From Gammaproteobacteria bacterium (GTDB lineage Bacteria; Pseudomonadota; Gammaproteobacteria; Eutrophobiales; Eutrophobiaceae), in assembly GCA_965222155.1 (NCBI GenBank), contig CBDCTH010000012.1:1120001-1184000 (forward strand): a DNA stretch of 64,000 nucleotides, in the 5' to 3' direction. The position numbers and the translations under genes were made by a program. Numbering within the stretch: the first letter of the stretch is position 1; every line of letters begins with the position of its first letter. Below, piece after piece: positions 9,886 through 18,707 of this stretch. Below the pieces are notes generated by a model, which saw only the letters and a program-made list of their open reading frames with translations, did not search any database and was not told the origin of the DNA.

Positions 9886-12090
9886 ATGATGAATATCCGC
9901 AGGTTCAATCTCACCTTGTTATCAGGTGTCTTCGCATGCGCCCTGGTCATCCTGCCGGCACAAGTGAGCGGCTGGAATTCCAGAGACGGCACCCTGGAGT
10001 TACATGGCTTTCTTGATAATACCTATCACAACCGTGACGGTTATGGCATAACCAAGGAACGCGTGCGTGGTCAAATCGAGTGGTCCAAGATATTCAAACC
10101 CACAGGCCTGTTCTCCGAGCTCTCCTTTCATGGGACCTTGCGGGCGACCTATGACGGCGTGTATGACCTGAACGATGATACATTCGGTAAACGGTCGGGT
10201 GGTCCGGTCAGTACCATAAGCTCCGGTAAGGCGGTTAACATCAACAGCTTCCTTTCCTTAGTCCCCAATCCACAACCCGGTCCGCCTGCTGTGATTCCGA
10301 ATAGCGCCATCCCCTCACTTCCATCCACGGCATATCCTTGGGGGAATTCTCCGGTAACTGCAGGTACACCTGCGCTACCTGGCGGTGGCGGCTTTGGGTT
10401 TGATACCGTGGCTAATCCCAATGAAGGTCTGAAGAGGGTAGGTAGTGAACTTGCCTCTACCAACAATAACGGTGAGTTCGGTGGTGGTCTGGAATTCTTT
10501 ACCCCGACACGGCCCTGCAACGTGGATTCCCGCGGCTGCATTCCCGGTTATATGGATGCGAGCCTGGACGACCTGCGCTTTCCCGAGTTCACCGATGACC
10601 ATGGCTGGCTGCGGGAGATTTACATTGACGCTACCATGCCGGTCAATAACGGCGACGAGATCAACTTTCGTATAGGCCGCCAACAGGTGGTCTGGGGTCG
10701 GACCGATTTGTTCCGCGTTCTGGACCAGGTCAACCCCATCGATTTCTCCATCCAGAGTATTTATGAAGAATTCGAAGATAGTCGTATTCCCGTAGGCATC
10801 TTTTCCGCTGAGTACCGCGCCGGCGCGGTGGGTGCTTTCGATGACCTGAACCTGCAACTGCTCTGGAACTTCGAGAAATTTCGGCCGAACACGTTGGGAC
10901 AGGGTGGTCAACCCTATAATATTTTGCTGGCCGGCGACCTGTTTCGGGCATTGAAAAACTGTTGGGACAATGGTTGTACCATCAATAATTTTGCCACCGG
11001 TCTTTCTTTTGAGGGCAACCTGGCTACAGATTTTCCTGCTCACGTCGTCGGTATCCGGGATATCCACTTGCCGGGCTGGGACTTCGACCAGGGCGGCGTG
11101 CGGCTTGAAGGTGTGTTCAAAGGCGTGGGATTCTCAATCAATGCCATGACGTTTTACTCGCAATTACCGGCGTTAAGAGGGGGAATAGAGGGTGCGAATC
11201 CGTTTGTGGGTAATACATTACCTGAACCGGTATGTGATTTTCTTGTAAATACTGCATTTACGGGGCCGGCGCAACCGGATAATCCTTTCTTGTGTGGGCT
11301 GAGCGCTAATCCCTTTGATCCTACTGATGCTCCGGGCCTGGAGCGGGTACGACCCTACGTGCCGGCATTTGATATTCATTTTCCGCGAGTTACTCTGGTA
11401 GGCGCATCGGCCGACTTTTACGTGGATCCGCTCAAATCAGCGATCCGGATGGAAGTGGCCCATACCAGTGGAGAGGAGTTTGCCGATACGTTGACATCCG
11501 ACCTGAATACTGAATCTGATGTAGTCCGCTGGGTGATAGGTGTGGACCGTCCCACCTATATTCGTTGGTTGAACCCGAACCGGACGTTCCTGCTGTCAGC
11601 ACAGATGTTCGGCCAGCATATCCTCGATCATAAATCAATCAGTCACCCGTTGACCGGGGGACAGATAGGATTCCAGGACTGGAAGAACGGTTATATCGGC
11701 ACCTTCCTGTTCCAGGGTTTTTATGCTAACGATCGTATTCTGCCAAGGTTGATTTTGGCCCGAGACTTCCGCGCGAAAGCGACTGTATTGGGTCCGGCGG
11801 TGGATTATCTCATCAACGATAACCTGCGCCTGATCTTCGGCGCCAATATCAAACTGGGAAGCGGTCCCCGGGTAGCCGATGACGGTCGCACATCCAACTC
11901 CTATCCGCCATTCACAGCCGGTCCGGCTTGCCATCCGCCGGACAGTGTCGCTCCCTGTGTGCCAGGTAATGAATATTCAAGTTTGGGGATACGTAGAGGT
12001 TTCGAACCACTGGGTCGCTTCCGCTCCGGACCCCTCGGCATGGCGCAGCATGAAGATGAGTTTCAAATACTAATCCGCTATCGCTTCTAA
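9886..12090 (+). CDS. DUF1302-family outer-membrane protein
   Basis: Signal peptide; LREIYID..RIGRQQVVWGRTDLFRVLDQVNP motif; terminal aromatic beta-signal IRYRF; context with DUF1329/RND/YCF48. Confidence 0.8.
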   Translation: MMNIRRFNLTLLSGVFACALVILPAQVSGWNSRDGTLELHGFLDNTYHNRDGYGITKERVRGQIEWSKIFKPTGLFSELSFHGTLRATYDGVYDLNDDTFGKRSGGPVSTISSGKAVNINSFLSLVPNPQPGPPAVIPNSAIPSLPSTAYPWGNSPVTAGTPALPGGGGFGFDTVANPNEGLKRVGSELASTNNNGEFGGGLEFFTPTRPCNVDSRGCIPGYMDASLDDLRFPEFTDDHGWLREIYIDATMPVNNGDEINFRIGRQQVVWGRTDLFRVLDQVNPIDFSIQSIYEEFEDSRIPVGIFSAEYRAGAVGAFDDLNLQLLWNFEKFRPNTLGQGGQPYNILLAGDLFRALKNCWDNGCTINNFATGLSFEGNLATDFPAHVVGIRDIHLPGWDFDQGGVRLEGVFKGVGFSINAMTFYSQLPALRGGIEGANPFVGNTLPEPVCDFLVNTAFTGPAQPDNPFLCGLSANPFDPTDAPGLERVRPYVPAFDIHFPRVTLVGASADFYVDPLKSAIRMEVAHTSGEEFADTLTSDLNTESDVVRWVIGVDRPTYIRWLNPNRTFLLSAQMFGQHILDHKSISHPLTGGQIGFQDWKNGYIGTFLFQGFYANDRILPRLILARDFRAKATVLGPAVDYLINDNLRLIFGANIKLGSGPRVADDGRTSNSYPPFTAGPACHPPDSVAPCVPGNEYSSLGIRRGFEPLGRFRSGPLGMAQHEDEFQILIRYRF

Positions 12091-12120
12091 AAATATACAA
12101 GAGACGGAGGCTTAAGAATC

Positions 12121-13428
12121 ATGATTAAGTATGTCAAGTATCTCGTTATACTACCGCTGTTTGCCCTGAGTCTGGGTGTTTCGGCAGAATTTACAGAAGA
12201 AGATGTAAGAAATTCATTCTATCCTTATGAAAACTGGACACCGGAATTTCCGGGTTACACCCCCGGAATGGTGATCGACCAAAGCAACGTGGAGCAGTTC
12301 AAGGATATTCTCGACCCGGCATTGTATGACCACATCATAAAAGGTCAGACCGCGTTGCAGACCAAGGTGACGGAATCCCTGGAACTGCACCCGGGCTATA
12401 TCAATGCGACGCTGGAAGCCGTGAAAAATCCACCGTCGCTCAGCGCTGACGGTCTGGTGGATAATTTTGTCGCAGGCAGGGCATTCCCTGCCGAACCGGA
12501 TGTCAATGACCCCCAGGCCGGCCGCAAACTCGCCTGGAATTACCAGTACGGCTATAACTGGGGTGACAATGCAGCGATTTCCCCGTTTTACTGGAAGTTC
12601 AGGAATGCCAAGTCGGGGAAACTGGAACGCACCATCAAGTGGAGCTTCCACTTCCTGAACTGGAAACACCGAGTCAACCAGGACCCGGTCCCGGAGTTCA
12701 CGGATAATCCGGCCCAGTTGTTCCGTTCCGTTTACGTCAAGGCACTGGAACCGTTTGATATCGCCAATACGCAACTCCTTATTCACCGCTATAAAAACGA
12801 CCTGAAGCGGGATGATGCCTGGTTGTACCTGGGCTTCCAGCGGCGAGTGCGGCGTCTGGCAACGGGTCAGACAACGGATTCTTTCCTGGGTACGGATATC
12901 ATGATCGAGGATTTTGAAGGTTACAACAACCGCGTGTCCGACTATGACTGGACCTATATCGGCAGCAAGAACGCATTTCTGCCGTTCCATAATCATAATG
13001 AGTTGGCCCTGGCCACCGACATGCCGCCGGAACCTGATGGTTACCAGTTCGTAGACGTGGAGGGTTGTTTTCCCAAGACCACCTGGGAACTGCGTAAAAT
13101 TTATGAGCTGCATGGATCGGCCAAGGACCCGAACCACCCGTTGAGTCGGCGCGTGATGTATCTCGACGCGCAGACGTTTACCATACCCCGCCAGGCGGAG
13201 TTCGATCGCAAGGGAGACCTGTGGAAATCATTCTCCATCTGCCAGGCCTATCCTGACAATCACATGCCCAATAACGTAGGCTCCGGCGTGGCCATTGATG
13301 ACTGTTTCATGATGTATGATGTGCAGGCCCAGCACTGCACCACCGGTCAGTTCAAGGGCCAGCTTGATCCGACATTGAACCCACCGCAGATGTTCACGGT
13401 GCAGAACCTGCGCAAGAGCGGAAGGTAG
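12121..13428 (+). CDS. DUF1329-family periplasmic protein (copy 1)
   Basis: Signal peptide; GRAFP..DPQAGRKLAWN, AWLYLGFQRRVRR, HPLSRRVMYLD and FDRKGDLWK. Confidence 0.85.
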   Translation: MIKYVKYLVILPLFALSLGVSAEFTEEDVRNSFYPYENWTPEFPGYTPGMVIDQSNVEQFKDILDPALYDHIIKGQTALQTKVTESLELHPGYINATLEAVKNPPSLSADGLVDNFVAGRAFPAEPDVNDPQAGRKLAWNYQYGYNWGDNAAISPFYWKFRNAKSGKLERTIKWSFHFLNWKHRVNQDPVPEFTDNPAQLFRSVYVKALEPFDIANTQLLIHRYKNDLKRDDAWLYLGFQRRVRRLATGQTTDSFLGTDIMIEDFEGYNNRVSDYDWTYIGSKNAFLPFHNHNELALATDMPPEPDGYQFVDVEGCFPKTTWELRKIYELHGSAKDPNHPLSRRVMYLDAQTFTIPRQAEFDRKGDLWKSFSICQAYPDNHMPNNVGSGVAIDDCFMMYDVQAQHCTTGQFKGQLDPTLNPPQMFTVQNLRKSGR

Positions 13429-13456
13429 AGCAAGCAAACAACACTTGCTTTTGATA

Positions 13457-13698
13457 GCCACAGAGGACACAGAGAGCACAGAGAGCACAGAGAGCATAGG
13501 GATTGATCCCTGCCATTCTCGTCATTCTGGCGCATGCCAGAATCCAGTCGATAAGATAATTCCTTATAAAGGAAGGGTTGTCCGACTGGATACCAGGCCT
13601 GCCCTGGCATGTTGTAAGGCAGGAGCCTGCCCTGGCATGTTGTAAGGCAGGGTCAAGCCCGGAATGACGGATCGACTTTTCTCTGTGCCCTCTGTGGC
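13457..13698. repeat. Composite palindromic miniature element, copy 3
   Basis: GCCACAGAGGACACAGAGAGCACAGAG...CTCTGTGCCCTCTGTGGC arms; inner hairpins; CCTGCCCTGGCATGTTGTAAGGCAGG occurs twice in tandem. Confidence 0.85.
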
Positions 13699-13718
13699 AA
13701 ACGTAAGGAGCGGGACGG

Positions 13719-14312
13719 ATGACTGAGCGTGTTGATTTAAAGTTTTTTTTCAATTTCCGCAGTCCCTACTGTTATCTCGCCAGCAAAACGATGTTCAGTC
13801 TGGTGGATGATTATCATGTAAATTTCGTCTGGCGCCCACTGGCAGGGTGGAATGGCCGTTCAGCCCCGGAACGGGCCAAAGTCAAGATACCCATTACCCG
13901 GCAGGACGTGGCCCGCTGGGCGAAGCGGATGAATATTCCCTGTATTCCCCCTCCCATTACCACTGACCCGACACCGGCAGGTATCGGCTCCTTACTGGCC
14001 GAAGAGAAAGGTTGTTTGCGGGAATATATCATCAAAGTGACGGACACCGAATGGGGGCAGGGAGTGGATATCGGCCAGCCCGATACACTGATCGGATTAG
14101 CCAGGGAAGTGGGGCTTGATCCTGTTGAGTTTGAGACGGTATTAAACGACCCGGACAAACAAAAAATTCTGGAAGACAACTGGCAGGAGGCCCAGGAAGC
14201 CGGAGTAATCGGCGTGCCGACGTTTGTCATAGACGACCAGGTATTCTGGGGTAATGACCGGATTGATTTCGTCCATGAGCACCTTCGTGATCTGGGACTG
14301 CAAAAAACATAA
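13719..14312 (+). CDS. nahD: 2-hydroxychromene-2-carboxylate isomerase-like (DsbA/GST-kappa family)
   Basis: FFFNFRSPYCYLA N-terminal motif and GVIGVPTFVID..FWGNDR C-terminal motif. Confidence 0.8.
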   Translation: MTERVDLKFFFNFRSPYCYLASKTMFSLVDDYHVNFVWRPLAGWNGRSAPERAKVKIPITRQDVARWAKRMNIPCIPPPITTDPTPAGIGSLLAEEKGCLREYIIKVTDTEWGQGVDIGQPDTLIGLAREVGLDPVEFETVLNDPDKQKILEDNWQEAQEAGVIGVPTFVIDDQVFWGNDRIDFVHEHLRDLGLQKT

Positions 14313-14359
14313 TCCAGGGACACGAGCCGGATTTGAATATTTGGTTAGTAATTTCCGAA

Positions 14360-14461
14360 AGGTTGGGATAGCATTTTCAAGACCGTCGCCAGCCAGGGAG
14401 GGCTGGCGATGAGCGTACATGGATGTATTCACAGCGTGTCTTGAAAATGCTATCCCAACCT
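14360..14461. repeat. Palindromic element with 24-bp perfect arms and internal hairpins
   Basis: AGGTTGGGATAGCATTTTCAAGAC ... GTCTTGAAAATGCTATCCCAACCT enclosing CGCCAGCC-AGGGAG-GGCTGGCG and TACATGGATGTA. Confidence 0.85.
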
Positions 14462-14491
14462 GTCAACCATCTATATTAAACGTGGATTAAT

Positions 14492-16741
14492 ATGCGACTT
14501 TTTTCTCATAAAAACCGGGCAATGCATCTTGGCCCTTTTGCCCTTGAAAGGCTCGCCAGGAGGGATTCAGGACCTGACTATCCAGTCCTCGGGGAACAAC
14601 GCCCTCTGGAAACGACTACGCCGGACAACCCCGTATCCATGGCTAATGCGTTCCGCGATTATATCGACCTGTTCGACCGGATGCGCCTGGGTGATCCTGC
14701 TCCCAGACAGGCGCCGATCCCGTCCGACCCACAGGCGCGCGCAGACCACCTGAAAGCCGCGTGTTATAACCTGGACGTCAGTATGGCGGCAACCTGCGCC
14801 ATACCCGAACAGGCGCTGCTGGCAGAGCCCATCATTAATGAATCCCTGGCGCAGGCGCAGGAAAAAGAATACCTGGCCGGTTCTGCCGCCAATGTCGTGG
14901 CAGAGACCAGCGTCAAGGAAGGCCGGAAGGCATGGCAGCGCTCCCTGGAGGACGCGGCTAAGGAGTTCAAGCATGGTTACGCGCTGGTTTTACTGGTGGA
15001 ATACACCAGGGAACCGGATCCCGATGTTGAGAGTGAAGCCTGGCTGGTTGGAACGCAAGCACAACGGGCCGCGGTCAGGGCCTCTGAAGCGGCTGCCGTC
15101 ATGGTGAATTACATCCGATTTCTGGGTTTTGAAGCAAGATTACATACGCCGACGGCAAGCGATTTTGATCTCGATTACCTGTTACTCTGCAGTGGCCTGG
15201 GTGAGGTCAACGGCAGCAACGGCAACAGCACTGTCAGCAATCCCTACCTGGGCGATCAATTCGGCCTGGCCGTGATTTCAACGACCATGGAGCTTGCAGC
15301 AGATAAGCCGTTGGCTGAAAGGGGGCCAATGGCATCCTTGAAATCCCATGGTCCGGGCTGGTGGCTGGGCCTGGGTGGCGCGCGACCGGGTTACAAGGGT
15401 CGGCTGTACAAAAACAGGCCGTTTTACCTGGGACCTTACCCTATGGAAAAATTGAAGCCTCAGGAAACCACCACCACCCTGATTGACGCACCGAATGTGC
15501 CGCGTATCCCCAAGCGGCATGATATGTTCCTCAGGGCGGCAATGGGCGACCTGGGGGAAAAGCCGCAAAAGGAATTGGAAAACTTTCGCATGATCACCAA
15601 GTCGCCCTACGGCCACGCCATGGTGCCGCCGTTGGGCGCAATGGTCCCGCTCCAGTACGGCAAGGAGGCGGACCGGATCATGGAAGGGACTGACGATCCG
15701 AAAAAAAACGCTGAGGCGGTAAAAGCCGCCCTGTATTACCTGGGCGCGGATATGGTGGGTATCTGTAAGTTACCGGACTATGCCTGGTATTCCCATGATC
15801 TGGATGGAGCGGAGATAAAGCCGTACCACAAATACGGGATCGCCATCCTGGTGGACCAGGGGTACGAAACCATGGAAGGGGCCAGCGGTGATGACTGGAT
15901 CAGCGGTGCGCAAAGTATGCGCGCTTACCTGCGCGCGCAACTGATTGGGGGCATTGTCGGCAGCCATATTCGTTCCCTGGGTTACTCTGCCCGTGGCCAC
16001 AGCGTGATGGACCAGGACGTGCTGCATATACCGATTATACTGGGAGCCGGTCTGGGCGAGTTGAGCCGGATTGGTGAACTGGTATTAAACCCCTACGTAG
16101 GGCCGCGCTTTAAATCGGGCATCATCACGACCGACCTGCCGTTGTTGCCGGATAAGCCCATAGATTTCGGATTGCAGGATTTTTGTGAGAAATGCACCAA
16201 GTGCGCCAGGGAATGTCCGTGCCAGGCGATCCCTTACGGTGACAAGATCATGTTCAACGGCTATGAAATGTGGAAGCCGGACGTGGAAAAGTGTGCCCGC
16301 TACCGTATCACCAACTCCGCCGGCGCGTTGTGCGGCCGTTGCATGAAAACCTGCCCCTGGAATATTGAAGGGGTATTGGCCGAGAGGCCTTTCCTGTGGG
16401 CAGCCATGAACCTGCCTTTTACCCGGAAGTGGATCGCCAGACTGGATGACATAGTCGGCAACGGTTTGATCAATCCGGTGAAAAAATGGTGGTGGGACCT
16501 GGATTCGGACGAGCAAGGCAATATTATCCCGGCCAGGCGAACCAACAGACGCCAGTTTTCGACACGCACGAATATGGATCCGGAAAAGCAAACCATGGGT
16601 TGTTATCCGGCAGATATAGCAGCGCCGCCGGTCGCGGAAAAACCAGTTATCCTGCACAGGAAGATAGCCGTACAGAGATACAAGAGCGCAGAGAGCCCGG
16701 ACGAATACAAGGCCCGAAAAATGATGAAAGAGGTTGGCTGA
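14492..16741 (+). CDS. rdhA: Catabolic (non-respiratory) cobalamin-dependent reductive dehalogenase, NpRdhA/BhbA-like
   Basis: N-terminus MRLFSHKNRAMHLGPFALERL resembles NpRdhA as I recall it; internal duplication (LGPFALERL/LGPYPMEKL; SGLGE..NPYLG/AGLGELSRIG..NPYVGPRFK); two Fe-S motifs CEKCTKCARECP and C..CGRCMKTCP; no Tat signal and no rdhB. Confidence 0.9.
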   Translation: MRLFSHKNRAMHLGPFALERLARRDSGPDYPVLGEQRPLETTTPDNPVSMANAFRDYIDLFDRMRLGDPAPRQAPIPSDPQARADHLKAACYNLDVSMAATCAIPEQALLAEPIINESLAQAQEKEYLAGSAANVVAETSVKEGRKAWQRSLEDAAKEFKHGYALVLLVEYTREPDPDVESEAWLVGTQAQRAAVRASEAAAVMVNYIRFLGFEARLHTPTASDFDLDYLLLCSGLGEVNGSNGNSTVSNPYLGDQFGLAVISTTMELAADKPLAERGPMASLKSHGPGWWLGLGGARPGYKGRLYKNRPFYLGPYPMEKLKPQETTTTLIDAPNVPRIPKRHDMFLRAAMGDLGEKPQKELENFRMITKSPYGHAMVPPLGAMVPLQYGKEADRIMEGTDDPKKNAEAVKAALYYLGADMVGICKLPDYAWYSHDLDGAEIKPYHKYGIAILVDQGYETMEGASGDDWISGAQSMRAYLRAQLIGGIVGSHIRSLGYSARGHSVMDQDVLHIPIILGAGLGELSRIGELVLNPYVGPRFKSGIITTDLPLLPDKPIDFGLQDFCEKCTKCARECPCQAIPYGDKIMFNGYEMWKPDVEKCARYRITNSAGALCGRCMKTCPWNIEGVLAERPFLWAAMNLPFTRKWIARLDDIVGNGLINPVKKWWWDLDSDEQGNIIPARRTNRRQFSTRTNMDPEKQTMGCYPADIAAPPVAEKPVILHRKIAVQRYKSAESPDEYKARKMMKEVG

Positions 16742-18320
16742 TATGAGCGCCGTGCTGGAAAAAGAAACCCTGAAAAATAATGTTCGCCCCTACACCGGCG
16801 ATGAATTTCTTGCGGACCTGAAAGATGATCGGGAAATCTGGATCTATGGTAAGCGCGTTAAGGATGTAACGGAGCACCCTGCCTTTCGTAATCCTGCCCG
16901 GATGATGGCGCGGCTGTACAACGCGTTGCATAACGAGAAGGAATACCCGCACCTGCGAACCGATACGGATACCGGCAACGGCGGCTTTACCCATCCCTAT
17001 TTTAAAGTGGCGCGAACGCGTGAGGAAGTGATTGCGCAACGTGAAGCGATTGCCCAATGGGCGCGCCTGACGTATGGCTGGATGGGACGTACCCCTGACT
17101 ATAAGGCCAGCCTCATGCTCACCCTGGGATTTAACCCGGAATACTTCGGTGATTATGCCGGGAACGCCTTGAACTGGTACAGGAATTCACAGGAACGCGT
17201 GCCTTTTTTGAATCATGCCCTGGTCAATCCCCCGGTAGACCGCAATAAATCCCATGAGGAGATAGAGGACGTTTATATGCACTGCGTCAAGGAAACTGAC
17301 GAAGGCATCATTATTTCCGGCGCCAAGGTGGTGGCCACCGGGTCGGCATTGACCCATTACAATTTTCTCGGACAGTACGGGCCGATACCCGTCAGAGACA
17401 AACGCTTTGCCATAAGCGGCATGCTGAAAATGAATACCCCCGGTGTCAAGCTGCTTTGCCGTCCTTCATACTCGTATGCGGCTGAAGTAATGGGCAGTCC
17501 GTTCGATAACCCGCTGTCGAGTCGGCTGGATGAAAACGATGCGATCCTGATACTGGACAATGCCCTGATGCGCTGGGAGGATATCTTCATTTACCAGGAC
17601 CTGGACGCGGCCAGCACTTTCCTGGGCACATCCGGCTGGGCCTATACATTTGCGTTTCATGGTTGTACCCGTCTCGCGGTCAAGTTTGATTTTATTACCG
17701 GATTATTCATGAAGGCCCTGGAGATCACCGGCACAAAGGATTTTCGCGGCGTACAGGTGGCAATCGGTGAAATGATCGTCTGGCGCCACCTGTTCTGGGC
17801 GTTATCGGACGCCATGTGCGGTATGCCCGACGATTTCAAGGGAGCAAAAGTGCCGAACGGTAATGCCGGCCATGTGTACCGGGTACTGATGACCATGGCC
17901 TATCCCCGGGCAAAGGAGTTGATAGAGAACATGGTCGCCAGCGGTCTGATTTACCTGAATTCCCATGCCACGGATTTTAACGTACCGGAGTTGAAGGGTT
18001 ACTTGGACAAATACCTGCGGGGTTCCTACGGTCATAATGCGGAAGACAGGGTCAAGACCATGCGCCTGCTATGGGATGCCATCGGCACGGAGTTCGGCGG
18101 TCGCCACGAACTGTATGAGCGCAACTATTCCGGTAATAATGAAAACATCCGAATCGAAGCATTATGGTCAGCACAGGGTTCCGGCCTGGATAAACAACTC
18201 AAGGACTTTGCCCAGCAGTGTATGGATGAATATGACGTCAACGGCTGGACTGTGGCTGATCTTGTCAACCCGTATGACGTGAATTTATTCATGAAAAAAT
18301 CCGCAGATGCCGCAGATTAA
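16734..18320 (+). CDS. Two-component flavin-dependent phenol monooxygenase, oxygenase subunit (HpaB/PheA1 family)
   Basis: RPYTGDEFL..DREIWIYGKRVKDVTEHPAFRN, GWMGRTPDYK, SGAKVVAT, PLSSRLDENDA and GGRHELYERNYSG; overlaps rdhA by 8 nt. Confidence 0.9.
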   Translation: MADMSAVLEKETLKNNVRPYTGDEFLADLKDDREIWIYGKRVKDVTEHPAFRNPARMMARLYNALHNEKEYPHLRTDTDTGNGGFTHPYFKVARTREEVIAQREAIAQWARLTYGWMGRTPDYKASLMLTLGFNPEYFGDYAGNALNWYRNSQERVPFLNHALVNPPVDRNKSHEEIEDVYMHCVKETDEGIIISGAKVVATGSALTHYNFLGQYGPIPVRDKRFAISGMLKMNTPGVKLLCRPSYSYAAEVMGSPFDNPLSSRLDENDAILILDNALMRWEDIFIYQDLDAASTFLGTSGWAYTFAFHGCTRLAVKFDFITGLFMKALEITGTKDFRGVQVAIGEMIVWRHLFWALSDAMCGMPDDFKGAKVPNGNAGHVYRVLMTMAYPRAKELIENMVASGLIYLNSHATDFNVPELKGYLDKYLRGSYGHNAEDRVKTMRLLWDAIGTEFGGRHELYERNYSGNNENIRIEALWSAQGSGLDKQLKDFAQQCMDEYDVNGWTVADLVNPYDVNLFMKKSADAAD

Positions 18321-18329
18321 ACCGTTAAA

Positions 18330-18689
18330 GCCACAGAGGACACAGAGGACACAGAGGATACAGAGAACACAGAGAACACAGAGGATACAGAGGATACAGA
18401 GAACACAGAGAACACAGAGAACACAGAGGATACAGAGGATACAGAGAACACAGAGGACACAGAGTTAGCCAGAAGACGTCATTCCGGGCTTGGCCCGGAA
18501 TCCAGTAAACAAATATACCTTATAAATAATGAATAATTTATTGACTGGATTCTGGCATTCGCCAGAATGACAGGAATGGCGGGAATGACAGGAATGGCGG
18601 GAATGGCAGGAATGGCGAGAATGGCAGGAATGGCGAGAATGGCAGGAATGGCAGAAATCCGTTTCTGTGCTCTCTGTGTCCTCTGTGGC
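18330..18689. repeat. Composite palindromic miniature element, copy 4, with expanded 9-mer microsatellites
   Basis: About 15 tandem CACAGAG(G/A)A / TACAGAG(G/A)A 9-mers, an inner GTCATTCCGGGCTTGGCCCGGAATCCAG..CTGGATTCTGGCATTCGCCAGAATGAC hairpin pair, about 10 GAATG(G/A)C(A/G)G 9-mers, then CTCTGTGTCCTCTGTGGC. Confidence 0.9.
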
Positions 18690-18707
18690 ATAAAAAATAT
18701 ACGTCTT

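Noticed and set aside
12214-13137. Long antisense ORFs (also 10375-11067, 32008-32718 and others)
   Set aside because: Shadow frames of well-supported genes with no recognisable motifs.
14492-16741. Respiratory reductive dehalogenase or epoxyqueuosine reductase QueG
   Set aside because: No Tat motif or rdhB anchor; the length and duplicated architecture fit the catabolic RdhA class.
18567-18707. MAG/MAR-repeat N-terminal extension of the DUF1329 paralog
   Set aside because: It derives from the microsatellite; a normal signal peptide begins at 18708/18720.
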